A stretch of 52,804 bases of DNA, filler included, from Bipalium vagum (lineage: Eukaryota): assembly GCA_037834085.1 (NCBI GenBank). It is 3 parts of 3 records of this genome, joined end to end, with 100 filler letters (N's around TTAATTAATTAA, not from the genome) between each part and the next. Parts side by side here need not be neighbours in the genome. Positions count along the whole stretch, not along the records: positions 1 to 16,415 come from JBBMKC010112335.1; positions 16,516 to 33,310 come from JBBMKC010093796.1; 1 more part is not named here. The stretch is one strand, 5' to 3'. Position numbers and translations under genes: made by a program. Positions 12,601 to 23,447 of this stretch are shown in pieces. The stretch's first letter is position 1; each line of letters opens with the position of its first letter. The notes under the pieces were generated by a model. The model worked only from the letters and a program-made list of their open reading frames with translations. It did not search any database and had not been told where the DNA came from.

Positions 12601-15600
12601 TAAGCAGTTTGCATTTATTGTCCGTGCAATTACAAAAAATTGTCGAGGAAAAATTGACTATCCCGTTCTCATTGCTGACGAAATTGAAACGTGACATTAT
12701 CAATTGTTGCTGTGGAGCTGTTTCCCAATTGCATGTTAGTATTAAAGATGCTGCTCACATGTGTTTGATTTCGGGCTGGAAGATACTTTTCTCCAGTCAA
12801 ATGGAAAAACTATTGGGAATTTACTACACTTTGCAAGTCTCTGAACCGTGCATGTCCAGATACAACCTGATTGTAGCCATGTGCTTAGACACCAGCGACT
12901 TGAAACAGTTCATTAATACTCTGATACAATTACAAACAACATCTTCTGCTAATACAAACTCCGATTTGCCAACCATCGAATGCGTTATTGAAACAATTAT
13001 CAAGTATTCATTTACCAATATTCGTTCTCAATTAAAACTGCCATCCGTTAACGGTTTGAAGATACCAGATAACTTGGCATCGAACAAAACAAAGGCCTCT
13101 TCTGATTTTGATGTTTTCACGAGCTCCACCAATCATGACATTGGTTGGAGTCATTCAATTTTAGATAAAATATTTAATTTTCTCCGAGATCTTTTAAAAC
13201 AAACGATTTATTTGCTCAAAGAATCCAGAATAACTCAAGACACTTTGCAACCAACGTTGAAATTAATTCTTAATGTTTACGGTAAAGTATTGGCCCAACA
13301 ATCAATAGAAACCATTGACTATTGTTCAGTTCTCATAAACAAATCTAATATAACACCTCAAAAATTGATCTCTACGCTTATTTCTTCCGGTTTCAGTCAG
13401 CTACTATTCAATTTCATCGAATCAATAAATTGGCTAATGAAGAATTATTTACAAACTAAATCAATAGCCAAATCTGATCACAAGTCTTTGAGAGGCAATT
13501 CCAAACTTAATACCACAAATCCTATGTTCCATTATGATATCCTATTTAAATTCAGCATGAATTTGCGGGAAATCGTATTTGGATTTCGACCACTGATATT
13601 GTCATTGGATAGAATAAATCGTTTGAATGAATCTATCATTTTGATGGATTCCGAAGATGGTTCATCTCCGGGTTCATTGTATAATCCGTACAGTACGATG
13701 ATATCAATAAATAAAATAATATTCCGAATGAAAGATTTGATAGAATCAAACGGTCAATTAATTGTGATCGATGACCGGGTTTATGATATTGAAAAGTTGT
13801 CCATTGATGACAGAAATCAACTGGATCATATGCTACCGTCCGAAAAGGGAATTATTCTAACTGAATTAGTACAACAGAGTTTATATAGAAAAGAAATCGT
13901 TAAATTGCTTTCTATTTGCTATTGTGGCCAATACATTGACGATGAAGGACAACCGATATCGTATTTCGACAATGAATGTGAAGACAGAAATCAACTGTAT
14001 TTTTTGGAAAGGATGCTTTTAACATTACTATCTGATGTTCTCGTATTTCACCAGAGCTGTTGTAGTCTGATGAAACGATCAATTGGTTTCAAACAACTAC
14101 AGGAATCATCTTTAGACAAATTTCCTCCGGTTTTGAAGCAGATTATTTTGAAAAAGAAATCAGACCATCAACAAACCAATAACGATACAAACAACTTGTC
14201 GATTTTATCTTTGAGTCATTTGGAAGAAAAGGAACGCGATGAAGTTGAGGAAACCAATGATTTTGGTAACAACACATTAGGTGTCAGCTGTAACGATGAT
14301 AACAATCGGAAAATCATCAATAATTGTATTAATCTTTTGATGTTTGGAACAACTTCTTCTATAATTGACAAAGGAACATCGATTATATCCAATGTTTTCC
14401 AGTGGCTCAGATCTGATTTTTACAAAAATCGAACTGCCAACAAAATCAGTTCCATCTGTATGTTGGATAATATTCAAGATCTCAGTCTGGACACTTTATT
14501 CGTTTTAATTCTTATCGCATTTGCCAGACATGTTAATATATGCGACGAGCTGGCCAATCACATTATTCAACGAAATTATGAGCAGCCAATGAGCAATGAA
14601 TTGAAAGTTATCATTCAACAGACGATTTCCATTCGTAAAGATCTCATCAAATCTCATCAACAAACGTCCACGCCATACAAAGAACTTTGTATGATCATAA
14701 CAGCTCGGTGCCAGTTTCTCATTGATGAAATTGAAATATTATCTATAAACAATCCTAGTACTCCTCGTAAGAAAATATTCAGCTTAACTGATTTTAATAG
14801 TGACTTATCCGTTATCAATCGATGGAAATGGGTGTCACTGAAAGCAGTTTCTCAACTAAGAAAAACCAAAGGATCAATCGATTATTGGCAGATAATTTGT
14901 AACTGCATTATGAAAAAATTTCAGATCAATAAGTTGAAAAATTTTAAAAATCTTAGCACAAAACCTTCGGAAAATTATGAAAATATAACTGAGTTTTGTA
15001 GTCAAATTTGTCATTTTTTAGTGAATAAGGAAGGCATTGATCTTCAAAAATTGCGGACTCTGGTATTGGCGAAAAAAATCCAATACAAATGTATTATTAA
15101 TATTCTGAGAGAATTTAAATCTCTGTTGGTTTATGGAACAGCTCTGTTGCCCGGAGTTCAGGTATCTTTGTTGCAAATGTTCTGTCAAAAAGTACACTTT
15201 GGAACCGACTGTCCAGAAAATTCAGGTGACCACGAGTACATGTGTGATATATTACAAAACGTCAATTGTGCATCATCGAATTTCGTTAGCCATCACACCA
15301 AACAAAGTTTACTACAAACAGAGTTAACGCTGGTGCAATTATGCACACAGTTGTTGCGGGACAATGTTCTGGACAATGAGCGGAAAATGGAGTCGATGAG
15401 ATGCTTAAATTTTTTAAGTGATCAGTCTCATGTTGTTGGCGTCGGACATTGGCCGAATGCAAAGTTATGTTTAGCAATTTGCAATTTTCTTCTACAAAGC
15501 ATCAGTTGGTCCAGTGATATTTTTCATGCAATGTTGTCAAACGGTGTTCTGGGGTTAATTCAAACTGTTTTTAAACAATACTTCGAAACTGAATCCGGTC

Positions 15601-16062
15601 TAATTTCGCTGTGGTTTCAGAAAACGCCTAATTACCAGATGTTATCAACGGAAAATTGTATTAAAAATCAATCTGAATCTGTAGATGATATTGCCAATTC
15701 TGAAATCGCTACTGCTTCTCAATTGCTAAAAGGAACACTTGTTTTGCGTGGACGTGATTGGAAGTACGGAGATCAGGATGGCCCGAACAGTGTAGGTATT
15801 GTCAAACGAGAGGCAGTCGAGGGAATGGTTCGAGTACAGTGGTTGAACAACAAAAAAACCGGCTCATATAGAGCAGGGAAAAACAATTGCTACGACTTGA
15901 GACTGAAAAAGAGCATTGAAGATGTCAAAATAGAAAATCCTGCCGAATACGGTGTCAGAACATTGATGAAAGATATTAATCGATTGCATGAAAAATTTCT
16001 CGAAAACCGGATGAGGAGGCTCAATAGATCTTCCTTCTCTAAGTCTAGCGATAATTTTGAAG
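9608..16062 (+). CDS. HERC2: E3 ubiquitin ligase HERC2, 5' part (exons 9608-9880, 9926-10309, 11102-16062); gene continues past the contig end
   Basis: N-terminal HERC2 motifs (FIFMERLWRVG...; RDAALVLMLEMGLLYGSLS; NSAVFIMSGLDSL), RCC1-like repeats (VYSWGSNTSGKLGHGD; VACGEEHNLIL; GQLGLG), cytochrome b5-like IVIDDRVYDI, and MIB-HERC2 domain (VLRGRDWKYGDQDG...GMVRVQW...SYRAG...YDL), in HERC2 order. GT-AG introns keep the frame. Donor aag|gtataa at 16062/16063. Confidence 0.9.
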
Positions 16063-16230
16063 GTATAAATACTATTGAACTCTTTTTAAACTTGTATTAG
16101 TTGTTTCATTATGATTTAATTTTTTTCTATTAATTTATTAGGTTGGTAAAAAAATGAATACCTGTTTTATATATTCAAACTTGACAATAAATTTTTTGAA
16201 AATATGTTTGAACACAATAATTTATATACT

Positions 16231-16415
16231 ATAGGTTGCGTGAAAAGTTCTGAAAGCGAAAAAGAAAAAACGTATATTTTTTATTTAAATTCATATTATT
16301 ATATAACATAGTCTCATATCAATTCAGCATATTTAGTACAGTTGTTCTCCAACAATTCTATGCCATGTTTGAAGTGAGATTCCGGAAGGTCTGCAAAATA
16401 CTGGTCTACTGATGC
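16231..16415 (-). mobile_element. Mariner 3' end inside a HERC2 intron, cut by the contig end
   Basis: Minus strand ASVDQYFADLPESHFKHGIELLENNCTKYAELI*DYV (mariner C-terminus), then TIR-like taggttgcgtgaaaagttc. Confidence 0.75.
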
Positions 16416-16515
16416 NNNNNNNNNNNNNNNNNNNNNNNNNNNNNNNNNNNNNNNNNNNNTTAATTAATTAANNNNNNNNNNNNNNNNNNNNNNNNNNNNN
16501 NNNNNNNNNNNNNNN
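16416..16515. other. Artificial contig-joining linker
   Basis: 44 N + TTAATTAATTAA (stops in all six frames) + 44 N, identical to 33311-33410. Confidence 0.95.
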
Positions 16516-16554
<39 letters not shown>

Positions 16555-17386
16555 TAATAATGATGATAATAATAACGGTAGTGTGAGGGGGTCTTTCTTA
16601 ATGTAATTTTATTCCATACAGAAAAAGAATGAAATCGGCGTTGGAAACGAATTTTCTCGGAAATGTGAACCAGGAGAGCAAAAGAAGGCATTCCATCGGC
16701 TGCTGAGTTACATAATCGATTATGTCATCCTCGGGCGGGGTGCAGGACACGAACAATAAATAAATAAATAAAATAGTTCGACGCCGGAAGCGATGAGGGC
16801 GGACGTCAGAATATTCGGCGGAGAACTGTTCGTTTATTGATTTTTTTATTTTCCTTTTCCACGCCCACAAAAATTGGGTCGAAGGAAACATTCTTTTTTG
16901 CAAATTACGACCCTCTTATGAAAAATACTGTTAAATTATAATCAATATTATTATTAATTACTATTATCATTTTTAATAATAATAATATTATTATTATTAA
17001 TTATCAATATTTTTATTATTAATTATTATCAAGACTATTATTAATATTATTATTATCATTATTAATGTCATTATGACCAGTCTTGCTGTTGTCGTCGACA
17101 CCGTTGTTAATCAATAATGATTGGTGATCATTCACAGTGCTTCAGAGGCACCTTGGAAACTGAGCCGAAGTATCTGCCAAGATAAATGTCAAACGATGAC
17201 CTTAAGCGTTCGACCAAAAGGCTTGAAAGATGAAATCGATACTTTCGGTGGTGTTTCCATTAATGGATTTGTTGACGACCGCGGTCGATGACCAATGTTA
17301 ATTGATTTTTAAAAGACCCATTGGATAATTAATAAATGAATTTCTCCGAGGCAAAAAGGGCACTGAAAATCGTAATATGCGCTCAC

Positions 17387-17646
17387 CGAAAGGTCGGATA
17401 CGTTGCCTTGATCCGGTCCAACGCGACCTTCTCTACCAGCAAGTCGTATTCCGTGACAAAGTCCTGCACGTCCTTGGCGTGAGTCTCTTTGTCCTTGTAG
17501 AAGCCCTCCTTGATGATCTGAAAAACCGTTCAATGGTCGTCGGACAAGGGTGAGCTTACCTGGCCACAATCGAGACAGAGTCGCTTGGCGAATTCCAGGT
17601 AGCGAGTCGCTTCGTCAAAGTCTCCGTCGACAAAGTTCTCAGACAT
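17387..17646 (-). CDS. IMPA1: Inositol monophosphatase (IMPA1/2 family), first two exons (17646-17560, 17517-17387); remainder not found on this contig
   Basis: MSENFVDGDFDEATRYLEFAKRLCLDCGQ|IIKEGFYKDKETHAKDVQDFVTEYDLLVEKVALDRIKATYPTF matches the IMPase D(L/F)VT..D..VE....I...YP motif. 42-nt GT-AG intron (phase 0), then a phase-2 donor gtgagc. Confidence 0.8.
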
Positions 17647-18265
17647 GTTTGAATTTTCGGATATTTACACTTTCAAAAGTGATTCGACAAAACAAACGAC
17701 AAATCTTTGATTTTTATTAAAAAGATTTCGATTGATTTTCACAGAACATTTCTTTCGTCGATTTTTTGCTAAAACTTTTATTTTTTTACCTCGGAAAAAT
17801 TTTTAGACGAATTAATTTTTTTTATTTTTTAATTTATAAAATTTTATCGCGGAAACGTTACTCATATTATTTTATAAATATGATTTCTTTTGGTCATTTT
17901 CTGACGATTTTTTGGACGACCAGGACATGGTATCCGCAAAATATACCTATGAATGGGCCACAGCAGTCGACGCACAAGGTTGAGATCGATCTATTAAGGG
18001 GCTGGCTGTTCCAGACTGAGTACCGACCACGACGCTATGGAAACACAAAGTCTGGCGCTAATTCCAACTGGATTTCCTATCCTTCATACAAAGAAACATC
18101 TACCTTCGACAACTCCTACATCAATAATCCGATCTAGTCGTCCAAGGTACCAAACGCCGCAGAATCGTTCCAGCTTTCAGGTAATAATTGAACGGTTTTC
18201 ACAGGTCGCAGTGGACGGATTTATGATGCACCAAAGTTCATAGTTTTCCACAATTATTCAAAACT

Positions 18266-19154
18266 TGTTCAATATTTAGTGTATCAAACTTTAAACCTGA
18301 CTCCAACACTTCGGTAGTGCCAAAAAACAACAATCGATAAAGCAATAAATTGTATTTATATCACAATGGCACACACAGGAATCACAAAGACAACAATAAC
18401 ACAAAATCTTCAAAATCAATAAACGGATCACAAGGAACAATAATGGTTAAATCGTCAATGCAAATGTTAACGGTCAATAAAAATAAACAATAATTCAATA
18501 AATGAATCAAATAATGATTAAGATTTTAAAAGAAACAAAAAAAATCTTACAAGTTGTCTTCGTTTAAGCTTCCCAGACTATCAGCTGAGCCTTTAAAGTT
18601 GTTCAGAGATATGCCTCTGATTGACAACTTCAACACAATCCCAGGGAAAACGCAAACATAAACAAATAACTTGAATACAAAGTTTCTCAAGCAGGATTCT
18701 CTGAATATCCTTAGCTTTTCCGAATAACGTTAGCTTCTTCGAATAACGTCTTCTCTCTGTTTTGCACGATACTTAATATCAAATTTCTTGCAAGCTTTTA
18801 ATGGTGAAATTGTGAAAAATGCTTCTCCTTATATACTGATTCTAAACTAATCAGCTTCCAGACGAGCACCCTCCAAATTCATAAATTTGCTCCTTGGTGA
18901 TCATTGTTGGGCAACTAATTGCATCGTTTTCCCCATTTTCTATCTAAATCTTTCCTTAATTACTCTTTAAAACCCTTCAGTAATATTTTAATTGGGCTAA
19001 AAATAATTTTAGGGAAAATTTTTCAAGGACTTTTTATGAGGTTAATTAAAATTGATTACCTATTTAATTAATTAATTAACAATTAATTAATATTTTAAAG
19101 AGCTATCGGATTTCTTTAAGGGTTCTACGAGGGGTTCCTTTGGGAAACACCACA
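18266..19154 (-). mobile_element. Solo-LTR-like element, family A, copy 1
   Basis: Minus strand TGTGG...GAACA (~890 bp). Near-TSD aaact/aacct. TATATAAG at ~18828-18835, conserved hairpin at 18546-18643, terminal block shared with 47127-47215. Confidence 0.65.
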
Positions 19155-19389
19155 AACCTGTAAAGGCGACAGGTACGTCAAATGTCCACCGTAGTTTCAT
19201 TTGTTAAACCGCATACTTCTTTCTTCTTAGCTGTGTAATTGTAATGCTAATTAATTTAAAACCGTTTCAGGAATCGGGTACTACTTATGAAAAAGACGTG
19301 TTGAGGTCCAACCATTCTCTTGTCATCGAAGACACGGTGTTCCAATTTAATTAATTAATTTTATTATTAAAGTTTCTTATTATATTTTA

Positions 19390-20509
19390 TTAGGGGTATG
19401 CACACGTTCGCATCGTTTTAAGACGAATAATGTTATTAATATTAGTACACATAACACAGTTCATCCAATCAAAATATTTCCCGTCATTATCCACAACTTG
19501 TCCCCATCTTTCAGGTAAAAGATGGATACCTCGATGAAAAAAGTCTTTGTTCTTGGATTGAACGAAGTTGTCGATGAATTTTTGTACTTTTTCAAAAATA
19601 TATCCCGAATCGAGCATCCGAAAGACTGTGATGAATAGAACGAAATAAGTGAAAATCTGACGGGGCGACATTTGGAAAATAAGCCGGATGTCATAGAACT
19701 TCCCATTTTAATTCCACCAATTTTTCCGTGGTTCTTAATGCGACATTAGGTCTGGCATAGTCGGGCAGAAGAAACACTTTGTTCAGTTTAGTCTCATAAT
19801 ATGGCCGTTTTAAAATTAATTTCTCTTCAAACTGCTTCAATCGACGGCTGTATAATTCCGCAGTAACAGTTTCTGATGGTTTTAAAAGTTCATAATAAAG
19901 AACTCCGTGCATGTCCCACCAAACACAAAGAAGATCTTTGTGACTATGAATATTTTGTTTCGGCTGTGATGTGCTTGGTTCTTCAGGATTCAAGAAAGAC
20001 TTTTGTTTGTGTCTATTGAGAAACAAAAGACAAGAGGTGAGTCGACTGTTCATTTTCTTCTCGAGTTAATCATGGGGAACCCATTTTCCTTCTTTATGAA
20101 TCTTTATGATTTTAGAATATTCTTTCAAAAGTGCTTTCAAGTCATCCGAACTCATCTCATGTGGCCGCCCCATGCGTTCTGTATCGTTCAAATCAAAATC
20201 TCGACTTCTAAAGCGCCGGAACCATTGACTACTGCTGCATCACCACATGTATTGCAAGAGATCCAAGTTGTTTCTACTGATGTTTTGCTTTGATTAAATA
20301 AAAACAACATGCAGTGGTGTATTTTATCTACTTCCATTATAATTTCTGCAAATGAATTGGTAAACTAAATTAATTATCAAATTGATGCCATAAATATAAT
20401 CGATATTGATTTAAATAAACACAATAAAAAATTTTAGATGTTATATTATTATTAATATTACTTAAATTCCACATATACATCAGTGATGTAAACTCATGCA
20501 CACCCCTAA
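19390..20509 (-). mobile_element. Near full-length degenerate mariner element
   Basis: TA|ttaggggt(a/g)tgca TIRs at both ends. Frameshifted transposase: LLCVWWDMHGVLYYELLKPSETVTAELY...PDYARPNVA...WEVL...FFHRGIHLLPERWGQVVDNDGKYFD. Confidence 0.9.
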
Positions 20510-21038
20510 TAAATTAACCAAGCTCACGGAAGGTCTGACTTCAAAATATCGAAAATTTTTTTCATTCACCGATTAAAATTTATACTGCCTAGCAAATGTT
20601 TAAGGGTATATCACAAAATCTCAGTCCTTCAAAACTCGCAGAATAACAATATAAAATATAACAAGACACTGAGATTAATGACAAAAGATTAGTGTTAGTT
20701 AAAAGCAAAAATTACTTTTCCAAGTTTCATATGTGCCCGACCACAATACTAAGTTGGACATGGGTGGAGATCATGTCAGGACGCAGTTTGAAGAGCTGCG
20801 TCAGGAATCGGATAGAACTCAAAAGCACTTTTGATGTTTAACACTTGGTTTTGTGCTTTTATCAATTTAATGTTATCTTTTTACTGATTTATTTTTTATT
20901 TATCTTATTGATTTTGTTTGATATATCGGTTTTAATTTTTATATTTCAGAAACATCTGGGTTACTCTATAATAACGGTTGAATATAAAAGGTAGAATAAA
21001 TATTATTAATATAAATAATAATAATAATTTTATAATAT

Positions 21039-21930
21039 TGTTCCAATATCCAATATCTCGTATTTAAACTAACTCCGATTCTATTAGGCGGCACAATTTA
21101 CAACAATCAATAAAGCACAATCATAATGAACAAATAGTACTTGCAAGATAACAACGATAATACTTTATCAAATTGTCAAAAAGAGGTCAAATAACAATGA
21201 TAGCAATCACAAAAACTGTTAAATAGCTAAGAGGATAAAGGTGATGCTGATCACCAAATTGTCTAATTGAACAATCACACAACAATCAACAATCAAATGG
21301 TATTCAAACAAAACAACCAAATTAAGTAATCAAATCCTAATTCCCAAAATTAAATATTAATTAATCAATAATTAAGTTAATAAATAAAGGAAAATAAATT
21401 GTGATCAATAAAAATAAATGAAGGAAGAAAAATTGCTTGCCAGATAACTCCTGTTTAGATTCCCAAACTATCAACTGAGTCCTTGCGCTTACTCAGAGAC
21501 AGCTCTCTGATGGTGAACACACACGCAATCCCAATAAAACAATCATACCAATAATCATTTTTCCGTAATAGCACGTCTTCGGCATTAATTCTTGTTCTTT
21601 TCTTCTGTCCTACCACCGAAATACCTTCTGTTTATATATTATTTAGCTGTGATTCTTGAATCTGAGTATTCCGCTTGAATTATCTTGATAATTCCTAAAA
21701 AATTTTTTATAACCCTTTAAATTTCCTTACTTACTAATAACAACTCTTATCATCTTTGGTAAACCCTTTTCCGAAAAAAATATCTTAAAAGACTCTTTGT
21801 TTATTTTGGGATAATTTTAAACTCTTTAAGTCATCGGTTTGATTTTGAGTACCATTTGTATCCCATTTTCATTAATGGATTTTGATTATTGGCAAAGTGC
21901 AATCGATAAGCCGAAGGTCATCGTGAGACA
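21039..21930 (-). mobile_element. Solo-LTR-like element, family A, copy 2 (right boundary approximate)
   Basis: Minus strand ends ...attggaaca. TATATAAA at ~21632-21639, hairpin module at 21436-21533. Confidence 0.5.
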
Positions 21931-22437
21931 GTACTGTGATATTGGGATTGGAGCCAGCTCGGATAAAGGTGCATTTTTCAAAAGTATGTCACTGATTCGG
22001 TGATTTTTCCTTAAGTCCTTCAATTATTCTTGCAATGGTGATAATTAATATTTGTATAAATAAATTAAATAATCCTGACTGAGGAATGTCCATGATAATA
22101 ATAATATAAAGAGTCTGAAGAAACCATCAAATGAATTGTGTAAATAAAAATAATAAATAATAGGATTGAGCTCATAGTATATCGAGGATTAAGATAAATA
22201 CAAAAAAAATAATTAATAATAATAATAATTATTATTATTATTATTATATTTTTTATCATTATCTTTATTATTTTTTTATTAATATTACTTTAATAATAAC
22301 TATTAATATCATTAAAATGATAATAGTAATTATTAAAATAACAAAAAGACAATAACGTAATTGTGTCATTGATTCCATTCCATTCCTTTGTCGAGAACCG
22401 CAAAATATTGAAATAATAAATATATTCAATAATATCC

Positions 22438-22584
22438 NNNNNNNNNNNNNNNNNNNNNNNNNNNNNNNNNNNNNNNNNNNNNNNNNNNNNNNNNNNNNNN
22501 NNNNNNNNNNNNNNNNNNNNNNNNNNNNNNNNNNNNNNNNNNNNNNNNNNNNNNNNNNNNNNNNNNNNNNNNNNNNNNNNNNNN
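22438..22584. other. Assembly gap (147 N)
   Basis: Run of N without the linker sequence. Confidence 0.95.
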
Positions 22585-22655
22585 TGTAGGAAATATGAGA
22601 GAAGCTTTTATTTCGTATATGGCTCAAAATAAAATTGTATTCACCCATAAAAAGA

Positions 22656-23447
22656 TCAATAATAAATAAATGTGTCCGATTCATAGACCGCCTTTACCTC
22701 TAGGAATTTTGCCTCCTTTTTCTTCGTCTCCCATGGTCCTGCTTGGCCATCATCATTCACGTAGAGGATCTGTGGAAAAATATATTCTGTTCCATTGGAC
22801 CAAGCGTTCGCATATTGACAATTGCTGGAACGAAGCAGTACTACGAGAAGCCCCGCATCTTTACCACACCCAGGTGGAGATTTCATAGAAATGGCAAAGG
22901 ATCTCGATGCCGAACCTATTCCAGAAATTGATCCTGATATCACAACACTGACATCCCATGGAAAAGATTCTACAATATTTTTGACATCAAACCATGATTC
23001 CATGGTGTCAGAATCCCGAACTTTAAAGATCAATATCACGACGTTCTTATCATCATAATCTTTTACGTAAATCTTCATCCATTTTGGTCGAAGATTTTCC
23101 CATTCATCAATAAGAATACTTCTAAAATTTTCCTTGCTGTCATCGTCGTCTTGTACCAGCTGATAGGTGCCCTCCATGTTCATTAAAAGTAAGCCGAAGT
23201 CAACCTTAATACCAGAGTTCAGTCTTATTATCACGAATTCTCCCGACACTTCCTGAGAAAGTTGGCTTGACATTGACTTGACATTATTCGATATTTCCGC
23301 TTGCGGTAAAATGCATGTACCGTTTTTCACAATGAAATATTTTTTATTATTGCTAAAGCCCGATGATGCGCACTTCATGATGTCGACAGGATCAGATTTT
23401 ACCAAACCCACTCCGAAGAAAGCCAATAGATAAAAAGCTAAATTCAT
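22656..23447 (-). CDS. Intronless secreted protein, 263 aa, uncharacterised invertebrate extracellular family
   Basis: Signal peptide MNLAFYLLAFFGVGLVKS. FRS.L...W...SWF...I..S.PWD...R.F.I...C..D.G.LVV...C pattern recalled from unnamed mollusc/cnidarian proteins. TATAAA ~35 nt upstream (~23479-23484) and CCAAT boxes near 23516 and 23542. Confidence 0.75.
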   Translation of the reverse strand: MNLAFYLLAFFGVGLVKSDPVDIMKCASSGFSNNKKYFIVKNGTCILPQAEISNNVKSMSSQLSQEVSGEFVIIRLNSGIKVDFGLLLMNMEGTYQLVQDDDDSKENFRSILIDEWENLRPKWMKIYVKDYDDKNVVILIFKVRDSDTMESWFDVKNIVESFPWDVSVVISGSISGIGSASRSFAISMKSPPGCGKDAGLLVVLLRSSNCQYANAWSNGTEYIFPQILYVNDDGQAGPWETKKKEAKFLEVKAVYESDTFIYY

